Positions 17,708-26,039 of a stretch of 64,000 bases of DNA are shown here, one piece after another (the first letter of the stretch is position 1; the number at the start of each line of letters is the position of its first letter). The notes under the pieces are model-generated. The model searched no databases. It was not told where the DNA came from and was given only the letters and a program-made list of their open reading frames with translations. Position numbers and translations under genes: made by a program. Source of the stretch: Lachnospiraceae bacterium UBA4348 (GTDB lineage: Bacteria > Bacillota > Clostridia > Lachnospirales > Lachnospiraceae); the NCBI GenBank assembly GCA_002394165.1, contig DGTA01000057.1, forward strand, positions 8,477-72,476, read 5' to 3'.

Positions 17708-18007
17708 TTACTCTGTTACAAGATAGTTGGCGTTCACATAGCCTCTTCCATTGGTTTTGGGTGAATATACCCACACATAAGGATTTCCGTCCCGGCCGAC
17801 GGTATTGCCGCCTTCGATAAAGACGTAATCTCCGTTGAAGAGCTCGTGGCCGCGCTGCTCATTGCCGTGGTCATAATTAGGCTGGGTGCGCAGTGCCAGG
17901 TAGCCGGTTTTGAGGTTGGCTACTTTTCTCCTGTAGATGTTGCCGGTGGCATTACCGCCGCTTACGCCGGCAAGTTCTTCTTCGTTGATTTTATTGAGAT
18001 CGGTCAT
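17708..18007 (-). CDS. double-glycine (bacteriocin-type) leader fused to an SH3-like domain, paralog 1
   Basis: MTDLNKINEEELAGVSGG|NATGNIY... Hydrophobic residues at -4, -7, -12 and -15 fit the GG-leader pattern. The core GYLALRTQP...GDYVFIEG...YVWVYSPKTNGRGYVNANYL looks like bacterial SH3. GGAGG RBS. Confidence 0.75.
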   Translation of the reverse strand: MTDLNKINEEELAGVSGGNATGNIYRRKVANLKTGYLALRTQPNYDHGNEQRGHELFNGDYVFIEGGNTVGRDGNPYVWVYSPKTNGRGYVNANYLVTE

Positions 18008-18059
18008 GGTTTATACCTCCGTTTATTAATGATCGCGTGTTGTCCGCTGTTTATATTCT

Positions 18060-18089
18060 ATTATACGTTGGAGTGCGGCTGAAATCTAC
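18060..18089 (-). promoter_or_regulatory. putative sigma-70-type promoter of GG-SH3 paralog 1
   Basis: On the minus strand this reads TGTAGATT-N17-TATAAT (the -10 is the reverse complement of 18060..18065). The same TGTRGAT-N17-TATAAT-A layout occurs at 34260..34289. Confidence 0.35.
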
Positions 18090-18220
18090 AGGAGCCGGGA
18101 GAATTTGTGATCCGGGCGAAAATCTGTTCGATTGTCCGCTTTTTTGGACCCTGCCTTTGAGATACTGCAGATAACAGGAAACACTGTTGAAGTTATCTCA
18201 GATCAAAGGAGGCGGATGAC

Positions 18221-18322
18221 ATGAAGGGATACAGCGTAGAGAGCGGTTACATGGGACTGGTGGACGGCAGATACATGTTATTTGCTTCAGAGGAAGACTA
18301 CAGAGAGTACCTGGAAGAGTGA
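18221..18322 (+). CDS. small ORF (33 aa) missing from the ORF track
   Basis: AAAGGAGG lies 7 nt upstream of the ATG. Product: MKGYSVESGYMGLVDGRYMLFASEEDYREYLEE. Two hairpins follow it (18354..18376 and 18390..18410). Confidence 0.45.
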   Translation: MKGYSVESGYMGLVDGRYMLFASEEDYREYLEE

Positions 18323-18389
18323 CAGACAGATAAAAGAACAAAAGAGCAGAAGAGGATCCGGCTTCCGGCCGGATCCTTACGGTTCATTG

Positions 18390-18410
18390 GCGCCTGAAAG
18401 GCGCATTTTT
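18390..18410 (+). terminator. weak intrinsic terminator
   Basis: GCGCC-TGAAA-GGCGC followed by ATTTTT. Confidence 0.4.
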
Positions 18411-18426
18411 AAACAGGAGCAGAGCA

Positions 18427-19185
18427 GTGGAAAAATATGTTGCGATCAACGAAGAAGGCTTCAGCATAAGGGGAAAGATCTATGCGCGGGAGATGAGCGG
18501 GATCGGCCGGGTCATCCTTTTCGGACACGGCTTTGGCGGTCACAGGGACAACAAGGCGGCCGAGAGGTTCGCGAGGCGTATCCTGGAGAAAAATAAGGGA
18601 GTGGCGGTCATGACCTTTGACTGGCCCTGCCACGGGAGCGATGCCCGCAAAAAGCTGCGCCTCGAGGAATGCGACACGTATCTGCGGCTGGTGCTGGAAT
18701 TCATCCGCAGCCGGTTTTCCGACCCGGAGATCTACGCATATGCGACGAGCTTCGGGGCGTACCTGTTCCTGAAATACATGGCTGAGCACGGGAAAGTGTT
18801 TGTCAGGACCGCGCTTCGAAGCCCTGCGGTCAACATGTATGAATCGATCACCGGAGATATCATGACGGACGCCGACCGCAGCCTGATCGGGAAGGGAAAG
18901 CCGGCGAAGGTAGGCTTTGACAGGAAGGTTGAGATCGACGGAGAGTTCCTGGAGAGCCTGAAGCAGGCTGATATCCGGGAAATTGATTTCCTCGATTTCG
19001 CGGATGATATCCTGATCATTCACGGGACGAAGGACGAGATCATTCCTTTGGAAGTGGTGAAAGCGTTCTCGGAGCAGAACGTGATCGAGCTGGTCGAGGC
19101 GGAGGGAGCTGACCACCGGTTCCAGAACCCGCTGCATATGGACGAAGCGATCGCCCGGATCGCCGCCTTTTTCGGAATGCGATAA
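18427..19185 (+). CDS. alpha/beta hydrolase
   Basis: GTG start. LFGHGFGGHRDN, a nucleophile-elbow-like YATSFGAY, and C-terminal GADHRF. Confidence 0.8.
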   Translation: MEKYVAINEEGFSIRGKIYAREMSGIGRVILFGHGFGGHRDNKAAERFARRILEKNKGVAVMTFDWPCHGSDARKKLRLEECDTYLRLVLEFIRSRFSDPEIYAYATSFGAYLFLKYMAEHGKVFVRTALRSPAVNMYESITGDIMTDADRSLIGKGKPAKVGFDRKVEIDGEFLESLKQADIREIDFLDFADDILIIHGTKDEIIPLEVVKAFSEQNVIELVEAEGADHRFQNPLHMDEAIARIAAFFGMR

Positions 19186-19287
19186 ACAAAATATTAAGAA
19201 AATCGAAAGCCGTTGAAAAAATGCACGTTTTCTGTGAAAATGGGAAGGAGAAGCTGCCTGGAAAAGTAGCATAAGAGGAAAACGTGA

Positions 19288-20463
19288 ATGGAAAACAAAA
19301 AAGCGGACAGAAGACTCCGTGATGCGATCCGGGGCTGCCTTTTCGGAGGCGCGGTCGGGGATGCCCTCGGGTACCCGGCGGAGTTTATGAGAGAGAAAGA
19401 GATAACGGCGGAGTACGGCCCCGACGGGATCACTGCGTACGAGAGGGATCCCCTGGCCAGGAAGGCGGTCATTTCCGATGACACGCAGATGACGCTGTTC
19501 ACGGCGAACGGACTGCTGGTATGGGAAACGGAGCGGAGCGCAGCTTCGCCAAGGCAGTATGTGGCGCGCGCTTACAGGGACTGGCTGATGACGCAGGAAT
19601 CTTCCTTAAGAGCGGTGCAGGCTTCTGAAAGAAATACAGCAAAAGGCGGATATTCCTGGCTGCTGGACGTACCTGAACTTTATCACCGGCGCGCACCAGG
19701 GATCACCTGCCTTAGCGCGCTCGGCGACAGTGAGTATTATGATGATTACGTGAAGGAGAAGGTCAACCAGAGCAAGGGCTGCGGCGGGATCATGCGCGTG
19801 GCGCCGATCGCTCTGGATCATCATATCGGCGGCATCGAGGAGGTCGATATGGAGGGGGCACAGGCGGCCGCGGTCACGCACGGGCATTCGCTCGGATATA
19901 TGACCTCTGCGGTGCTGGTGCATATCATCCACCGGATCGTTTATCCGCCGGAAGGAACGCAGATGACGCTGGAGGAGATCGTGCGGGAAGCGCGCGATAC
20001 CGCCGCGAAGATCTTTGCGGGGGATCCCGGTCTGCTGAAGATGTCACAGGTCATCGAGATCGCACTGGAGCAGGCCCGCAAGAGCCGGGAAAAAGAAAGC
20101 ACCCGGGAGGAGGACCTGAATAATATCCACCGCATCGGGGAAGGCTGGGTGGCTGAGGAGACGCTGGGCATCTCACTGTACTGCGCACTCAGGCATCAGG
20201 ATGATTTTTCCGCTGCGATGATCGCGGCGGTCAATCACCGCGGCGACAGCGATTCGACGGGAGCGGTGACCGGAAATATCCTCGGAGCTCTTCTCGGATA
20301 TGAGGCGATCGATGAGAAATGGAAGAAAGAACTGGAGCTGGCTGACGTGATCCTCGAGATGGCGGATGATCTTTATCTGGCTGCCGGGACACAGGAAAAG
20401 GAACCTTATCATACCAGGGCCTGGAAGAAGAAATATGTGGAGATGCGCCGGTATGAAAAATGA
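19288..20463 (+). CDS. ADP-ribosylglycohydrolase family protein
   Basis: GGAVGDALGYPAEF, SDDTQMTLF and GDSDSTGAVTGNILGA are hallmark motifs. Confidence 0.85.
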   Translation: MENKKADRRLRDAIRGCLFGGAVGDALGYPAEFMREKEITAEYGPDGITAYERDPLARKAVISDDTQMTLFTANGLLVWETERSAASPRQYVARAYRDWLMTQESSLRAVQASERNTAKGGYSWLLDVPELYHRRAPGITCLSALGDSEYYDDYVKEKVNQSKGCGGIMRVAPIALDHHIGGIEEVDMEGAQAAAVTHGHSLGYMTSAVLVHIIHRIVYPPEGTQMTLEEIVREARDTAAKIFAGDPGLLKMSQVIEIALEQARKSREKESTREEDLNNIHRIGEGWVAEETLGISLYCALRHQDDFSAAMIAAVNHRGDSDSTGAVTGNILGALLGYEAIDEKWKKELELADVILEMADDLYLAAGTQEKEPYHTRAWKKKYVEMRRYEK

Positions 20464-20474
20464 GAGGGACTGAC

Positions 20475-21944
20475 ATGATCACAAATGATAAAGGTATCGT
20501 TGACCTGAAACACCAGGTTTTAAGAGAAGTATGCCGGATGGAGTGGGAGGACCGACTGTCGCCTGAGGAGACGGAAAAGCTGGTCTATGAGCTGATCCCT
20601 GGGCATAAGCCCCAGTACCGGTGCTGTGTCTACAAGGAGAGGGAGATCATCCGCGGCCGCATCCGGATGGCCGTCGGACTCGGCGCGGACCCGGCCAATC
20701 CGTCTGAGAACGTGGTCAGTGTCATCCCGGCTGCCTGCGATGACTGCCCCGTCCAGGAATACTCCGTGACGGACAGCTGCCGTTTCTGCCTTGGAAAGCC
20801 CTGCCAAAGCGCCTGCCGCTTCGGGGCGATCTCCATGGGGGAGAACCGGATGCATATCGATTCCGAAAAGTGCAAAGCCTGCGGGCTGTGCGCCGGGGCC
20901 TGCCCGTTCGGCGCTATCGTTCACCTGGAGCGGCCGTGCCGGAAATCCTGCCCCTCGGATGCCATTTCCTACGATGAGAACGGCATCTGCATGATCGACG
21001 ATGAGAAGTGCATCTCCTGCGGACACTGCATCCACAATTGCCCCTTCGGCGCCATCGGATCGAGGATCTTCGCGGTGGATGTGATCAGGAAGATCAAGGA
21101 AGGAAAGCGCGTGGTCGCTATGTGCGCCCCGGCGACGGAGGGTCAGTTCGGCAAGGATATCACCATAGGAGCGCTGCGGGAAGCCCTCAGAAAGATCGGG
21201 TTCGCGGACATGGTGGAGGTCGGCCTCGGCGGCGATATGACAGCAGCCTACGAGGCGAAGGAGTGGATCGAAGCCAGGAAGGAAGGCAGGAAGATGACCA
21301 CCTCCTGCTGTCCGGCGTTTATCTCCATGATGAAGAACCGCTTCCCGGAGCTGTACAAGGAGAACCGCTCTGACACTGTCTCCCCGATGGTGGCTGTGTC
21401 CAGGTATCTTAAGTATATGGATCCGGACTGTGTGACCGTGTTTATCGGGCCGTGCATCGCCAAGAAAGCGGAGACGATGAATGAGGACATTGTGCAGAGG
21501 CCGGATTACGCCCTGACTTACGGCGAGATCGTGGCCATGCTCGATTCGCGCAGTGTGACGATCGAACCGGTACAGGAGGAGTATCAGGAGGCCTCCCTGT
21601 TCGGCAAGAAATTTGCGGGAAGCGGCGGCGTCGCGGCGGCCGTGCTCGAAGCCATGCAGGAGATGGGGGAGGACACTTCCGGTATCTCACTGCTGACCTG
21701 CGCCGGAGGCGACGAGTGCAAGAAGGCTCTGACCATGCTGAAAGCCGGGCGGCTTAAGGAAGATTTTGTGGAAGGGATGATCTGCCCGGGCGGCTGCGTG
21801 GGCGGTCCGTCCAAACACCAGGCGGAAGGCCTGGTGCTGAAAGCGAGAGCCGAGCTGTTCACGAAAGCGGACCGGCGCGGCATCCTGGAAAATCTGGAGA
21901 AATATCCCATGGATGATTTTTCGATGTACAGAGACGGGAGATGA
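20475..21944 (+). CDS. [FeFe]-hydrogenase-like protein with N-terminal 4Fe-4S ferredoxin domains
   Basis: Several CxxCxxCxxxCP clusters. H-cluster-like motifs are TSCCPAF, GPCIAKKAE and MICPGGCVGGP. Confidence 0.85.
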   Translation: MITNDKGIVDLKHQVLREVCRMEWEDRLSPEETEKLVYELIPGHKPQYRCCVYKEREIIRGRIRMAVGLGADPANPSENVVSVIPAACDDCPVQEYSVTDSCRFCLGKPCQSACRFGAISMGENRMHIDSEKCKACGLCAGACPFGAIVHLERPCRKSCPSDAISYDENGICMIDDEKCISCGHCIHNCPFGAIGSRIFAVDVIRKIKEGKRVVAMCAPATEGQFGKDITIGALREALRKIGFADMVEVGLGGDMTAAYEAKEWIEARKEGRKMTTSCCPAFISMMKNRFPELYKENRSDTVSPMVAVSRYLKYMDPDCVTVFIGPCIAKKAETMNEDIVQRPDYALTYGEIVAMLDSRSVTIEPVQEEYQEASLFGKKFAGSGGVAAAVLEAMQEMGEDTSGISLLTCAGGDECKKALTMLKAGRLKEDFVEGMICPGGCVGGPSKHQAEGLVLKARAELFTKADRRGILENLEKYPMDDFSMYRDGR

Positions 21945-21961
21945 CCCTTCAGAAAAGGCGG

Positions 21962-21988
21962 CGGCGGCTCCGGAGGGGCCGCCGTTTC
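21962..21988 (+). terminator. GC-rich hairpin after the hydrogenase gene
   Basis: CGGCGGC-TCCGGAGGG-GCCGCCG followed by TTTCTG. The T-tract is weak. Confidence 0.4.
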
Positions 21989-22004
21989 TGTGGAGAAACA
22001 GAGT

Positions 22005-22307
22005 ATGTATGAACTGATACAGGTTTCCGGAAACGACTATTATATCCAGAGCCCGGCGAAGATCGGGATCGTCAGAACGGGAGAGGATCCGCTCTCTTAT
22101 CTGGAGACGCTGGAGAGTGTAAAAAGATGCGCGCAGCCCGGTTTGTGCCGTCTCACGCCGCAGTAACGCAGGACATAGGCCCGCTCTCACAGGTGAATAT
22201 TGACAAGGTAAATGAGATCGCGCAGGTGATCCTCGGGATCTGCCGGGAGCGGGCAGCTGGAGGCGGTGATCGAAAGAAACCGGCTGATCTGGAAGACGCA
22301 GGCCTGA
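22005..22307 (+). pseudogene. remnant of an MBL-fold metallo-hydrolase gene (internal deletions plus frameshifts)
   Basis: Three frames carry collinear pieces: MYELIQVSGNDYYIQSPAKIGIVRTGEDP..LSYLETLESVK, then RFVPSHAAVTQDIGPLSQVNIDKVNEIAQVILGICRE, then GQLEAVIERNRLIWKTQA*. The HxHxDH core is absent. Confidence 0.5.
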
Positions 22308-22352
22308 ATGGTTTGGAAAAGAGCCGGAGCGGCTCATCAGATGAGGTATTGA

Positions 22353-23204
22353 ATGAAAAAGGAACTGGAAAAATACCGTCTTGTAGAACGGAGCATTCAG
22401 AAGACATATCATAAGGGATTGTGGACTCCGTTCGTGCGGGCCGTAAAGCAGTACCAGCTAATTCAGGAGGGAGACAGGATCGCCGTGTGCATCTCCGGCG
22501 GCAAGGATTCCATGCTGATGGCAAAGCTGATGCAGATGCTGCACCGGCACAGCGACGTGCCGTTCGAGATCGTCTATCTGGTCATGGACCCGGGGTACAA
22601 CCGGATCAACCGCGAGAAGATCGAGAGTAATGCCGCCCTGCTGCATATCCCGATCACGGTGTTCGAGACCCGTATCTTCAATATTGCCAACAGCCAGGAC
22701 GAGTCCCCCTGTTACCTGTGTGCCAGGATGCGCCGCGGAAACCTTTATGCGAAGGCCAGGGAGCTCGGATGCAATAAGATCGCCCTCGGACATCATTTGA
22801 ACGACGTGATCGAGACGACGCTGATGGCGATGTTCTACAGCTCCCAGCTGCAGGGCATGCTGCCGAAACTGCACAGCACCAATTTCGAGGGAATGGAGCT
22901 GATCCGGCCTCTCTACTGCATCCGGGAGGAGGACATCATTGCCTGGCAAAACGGCAACGGGCTGGAGTTTATCCAGTGTGCGTGCCGGTTTACCGAGAAT
23001 GTCTCGAAGAGCGGGGACGGGATCGGGAAATCGAAAAGGCAGGAGGTCAAACAGCTGATCAAACAGCTTCGCAGGGATAACCCGGAGATCGAGAACAGCC
23101 TGTTCAACAGCATCCACGCCGTAAACATTGAGACCTTCCCGGGATACAAAGCCGAAGGAACCCGGCATTCCTATCTGGAGAATTACGATGAGAAACACAG
23201 GTGA
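22353..23204 (+). CDS. TtcA-like PP-loop ATPase (tRNA thiolation family)
   Basis: PP-loop CISGGKDS. Cys motifs CYLCARMRRG and QCACRF. LGHHLND is present. Confidence 0.8.
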   Translation: MKKELEKYRLVERSIQKTYHKGLWTPFVRAVKQYQLIQEGDRIAVCISGGKDSMLMAKLMQMLHRHSDVPFEIVYLVMDPGYNRINREKIESNAALLHIPITVFETRIFNIANSQDESPCYLCARMRRGNLYAKARELGCNKIALGHHLNDVIETTLMAMFYSSQLQGMLPKLHSTNFEGMELIRPLYCIREEDIIAWQNGNGLEFIQCACRFTENVSKSGDGIGKSKRQEVKQLIKQLRRDNPEIENSLFNSIHAVNIETFPGYKAEGTRHSYLENYDEKHR

Positions 23205-24039
23205 AAACCAGGAAATACTGACAGAAGAACTTGAAAAAAAGCTGACTGCCCTGCGTGAATATATCCGCTCCCTCGGGTCACTGGCCGTGGGGTTCTCCGG
23301 CGGGGTGGACTCCACCCTGATGCTGGCGGCGGCTTTCGATGTACTGGGCGATAAGGCGCTGGCGGTGACGGCTTTTGCTGAATCGATCCCGGAGCGGGAG
23401 CTGGCAGAAGCGAAGGATTTCTGCGCACGGCGAGGCATCCGGCACATCATTGCAGACGTGGAGCAGCTGAAAATAGAGAGCTTCCGCATCAACAGTCCGG
23501 ACCGGTGCTATCACTGCAAACGGGCGATCTTCACCCGGATCGGGCAGATCGCGGCTCAGAACGGGATCCGGTATCTGGCGGAGGGATCGAATATGGACGA
23601 TCTGGGCGACTACCGCCCGGGACTTCGCGCCGTCGAGGAACTGTCCGTCAAAAGTCCCCTTCGCGAGGCGGGCCTTACTAAGGCTGATATCCGGAAGATC
23701 TCGAGAGCGCTTGGTCTGCCCACCTGGGACAAGCCTTCCTATGCGTGCCTGGCCTCGCGCTTTGTATACGGGGAGGAGATCACCGTCGAAAAGCTGCGGA
23801 TGGTCGAGAAGGCGGAAGATTTCCTGATCGGGCGAGGCTTTGCCCAGGAGCGCGTCAGGATGCACGGGCGGATGGCCAGGATCGAGGTGCCGCCGGAGGA
23901 TATTGCGCGTCTTGCCTCAGAGGAGGACCGCTCCGCCGTTTTTGAAGAATTTAAAAAGATCGGGTTCGATTTTGTGACGCTGGACCTTGGCGGCTACCGG
24001 ACGGGCAGCATGAACGCGTCGATCGGAAAGGACATGTAG
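23188..24039 (+). CDS. larE: LarE-like ATP-dependent sulfur transferase (PP-loop, TIGR00268-type)
   Basis: ATG at 23188 overlaps the upstream stop by 17 nt. Motifs: FSGGVDSTLM, CYHCK and ACLASRF. Confidence 0.75.
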   Translation: MRNTGENQEILTEELEKKLTALREYIRSLGSLAVGFSGGVDSTLMLAAAFDVLGDKALAVTAFAESIPERELAEAKDFCARRGIRHIIADVEQLKIESFRINSPDRCYHCKRAIFTRIGQIAAQNGIRYLAEGSNMDDLGDYRPGLRAVEELSVKSPLREAGLTKADIRKISRALGLPTWDKPSYACLASRFVYGEEITVEKLRMVEKAEDFLIGRGFAQERVRMHGRMARIEVPPEDIARLASEEDRSAVFEEFKKIGFDFVTLDLGGYRTGSMNASIGKDM

Positions 24040-24097
24040 GCTCTGAGCCTCTTTTACGTATATTCCTCAGAGGGAGTTATTCTGAGAGGAGTTTATC

Positions 24098-24583
24098 ATG
24101 AAGAAGAACAAAAAACGCGGGCCCGACCGGAAGATCTTCGAAGAGGAGATGGAGCGGCTGACGGTCCGCGATGAGATCCGGAAAATGAGCACCTTCACGC
24201 AGCATCAGGGCAACAATACACTGCAGCATGTGAGAAATGTGGCTTACCGGAGCTTTGAGCTGGCGGAGAAATTCGGCTGGGACATCGATGAGAAAAACCT
24301 GGTCAGGGGAGCCATGCTCCACGACTATTATTTGTATAATATCCGGCAGGAAGGGATCAGCAGTTACCGGCACGGCACCAGACACCCCGCCAGAGCGCTG
24401 GAGAACGCGAGGGAGATCTTCGACCTGTCAGAGAAGGAAGAAAACATTATCCGCAGTCACATGTGGCCGCTGACACTTTTCCATGTTCCGCGCAGCAGGG
24501 AGGCTTTGCTGGTGTGTCTCGCGGACAAGGACTGCGCCATAAAGGAGATGTTCCTGGGCAAAAAGAACCTGGAGGGAAAATGA
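24098..24583 (+). CDS. HD-domain phosphohydrolase
   Basis: LQHVRNVAY...AMLHDYYLY...HG.RHP pattern. GAGAGGAG RBS. Confidence 0.8.
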   Translation: MKKNKKRGPDRKIFEEEMERLTVRDEIRKMSTFTQHQGNNTLQHVRNVAYRSFELAEKFGWDIDEKNLVRGAMLHDYYLYNIRQEGISSYRHGTRHPARALENAREIFDLSEKEENIIRSHMWPLTLFHVPRSREALLVCLADKDCAIKEMFLGKKNLEGK

Positions 24584-24586
24584 CGA

Positions 24587-24763
24587 ATGAGCGGGAATTG
24601 TGAGACATGCACCTATCTGACTTATGATGAGGATTATGAGACTTATATCTGTGATGCAGCCATGGACGAGGACGATTACATAAGACTGCAGGAGCAGTCC
24701 TTTAAGGGATGTCCCTATTATCGAGACGGCGATGAATACCGCGTCGTGAAAAAACAGCTTTGA
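24587..24763 (+). CDS. small Cys-rich protein (58 aa) missing from the ORF track
   Basis: MSGNCETCTYLTYDEDYETYICDAAMDEDDYIRLQEQSFKGCPYYRDGDEYRVVKKQL. It starts 4 nt after the HD gene stop. Confidence 0.5.
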   Translation: MSGNCETCTYLTYDEDYETYICDAAMDEDDYIRLQEQSFKGCPYYRDGDEYRVVKKQL

Positions 24764-24780
24764 GAAAGGGCGTGGCGGTT

Positions 24781-25296
24781 ATGCAGGATTTTACTTTCCA
24801 GATAAATTATGACGAGGCGTCTTATACGATCATGAGCTACGCCGGGGATGAAGCGGACGTGGTCATTCCCGGGCAGTACGCGGGAAAGCCGGTGACCATT
24901 CTTTTTGATCATCTGTTCGCCGGCCACAAAGAGCTGCGCTCGGTCACCTTCCCGGATACGGTCACGGATCTGGGGGAATTCCTGTTTGACGGCTGTGAGT
25001 CGCTCCGGCATATTCAGCTGCCTCCCGCCCTGGAAAACCTGTGGGGATATACCTTTGTACGCTGCGGCCTGGAGGAGATCACGCTTCCGGACACGGTCAG
25101 CACGATCCCTCCGTACGCTTTCAAGGAGTGCCGGAACCTTAAGCGAGTCGTATGCGGAAAGGGCATGAAAAAGATACATGCGTGGGCATTTGGCGGGTGT
25201 GATAAACTGACGGATCTTGTATGCGGCAGGAACGTCGATATCAGTCCGGATGCTTTTAAATTAAATGAGAGGATACTCAGGTTAAGTTACCAATAA
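24781..25296 (+). CDS. BspA-type leucine-rich repeat protein
   Basis: Repeated ...L.SVTFPDTVTDLGEFLFDGCESL / L.EITLPDTVSTIPPYAFKECRNL units. Confidence 0.8.
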   Translation: MQDFTFQINYDEASYTIMSYAGDEADVVIPGQYAGKPVTILFDHLFAGHKELRSVTFPDTVTDLGEFLFDGCESLRHIQLPPALENLWGYTFVRCGLEEITLPDTVSTIPPYAFKECRNLKRVVCGKGMKKIHAWAFGGCDKLTDLVCGRNVDISPDAFKLNERILRLSYQ

Positions 25297-25318
25297 CAAA
25301 GAGTCAAGAGGACGGGAA

Positions 25319-25975
25319 ATGAAACGCATCGGACTTATCTCGGATACACACGGGCTCCTTCGCCCGGAGGTGACGGAGGCGCTGGGAGACTGCTGCGCCA
25401 TCCTGCACGGCGGCGACATCAACCGGCAGGAGATCCTGGACCGGCTCAGTGAGATCGCGCCTGTTCATGCGGTGCGGGGAAACAACGATAAAGAGTGGGC
25501 AGAGCATCTGCCGCAGATGCTGGACTTCACGCTTTACGGCCTTCATGTTTTCATGACGCATAAAAAGAAGGATCTGCCGAAAAACATACACGACTATGAT
25601 CTGATTCTATACGGACATTCTCATAAATATGAGGAGAAGACAGAGGACGGAACTTACCTGATAAATCCCGGAAGCTGCGGGCCGAGAAGATTCAACCAGG
25701 AGATCACCATGGCAAAGCTGACGCTGGATGAGGATGGCAGGATCGCCGCTCTCACGCGCATCGACATTCCGCATCAGTCTCCGGGCATAAGTCCTGAGCA
25801 GATCCGGCGCCAGGACATCGAGCGGGTAATCAGGGAGATCAAAAAAGGCCGGAGCGTCAAACAGATCGCCGCAGCAACCGGACTGGGGGAAGCGCTTTCA
25901 GAGCAGATCTGCCGGCTGTATTTGACTCATCCCGGAGTGGATGCCGACGGGATCATGACAAAGATGGGCTTGTGA
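25319..25975 (+). CDS. YfcE/MJ0936-type metallophosphoesterase with C-terminal HTH-like extension
   Basis: ISDTHG, GGDI, VRGNND, YGHSH. The last roughly 60 aa (IREIKKGRSVKQIAAATGLGEALS) are HTH-like. Confidence 0.85.
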   Translation: MKRIGLISDTHGLLRPEVTEALGDCCAILHGGDINRQEILDRLSEIAPVHAVRGNNDKEWAEHLPQMLDFTLYGLHVFMTHKKKDLPKNIHDYDLILYGHSHKYEEKTEDGTYLINPGSCGPRRFNQEITMAKLTLDEDGRIAALTRIDIPHQSPGISPEQIRRQDIERVIREIKKGRSVKQIAAATGLGEALSEQICRLYLTHPGVDADGIMTKMGL

Positions 25976-25984
25976 TGAGGACAG

Positions 25985-26020
25985 TTTAACGCGTTAATTT
26001 ACGAAAAGGGTCAGACCCCT
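25985..26020. repeat. family-A palindromic repeat, half-element
   Basis: TTTAACGCGTTAATTTACGAAAAGGGTCAGACCCCT, near-identical to 2435..2470. Confidence 0.8.
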
Positions 26021-26039
26021 CAGGGGGAATGGAGGGATT

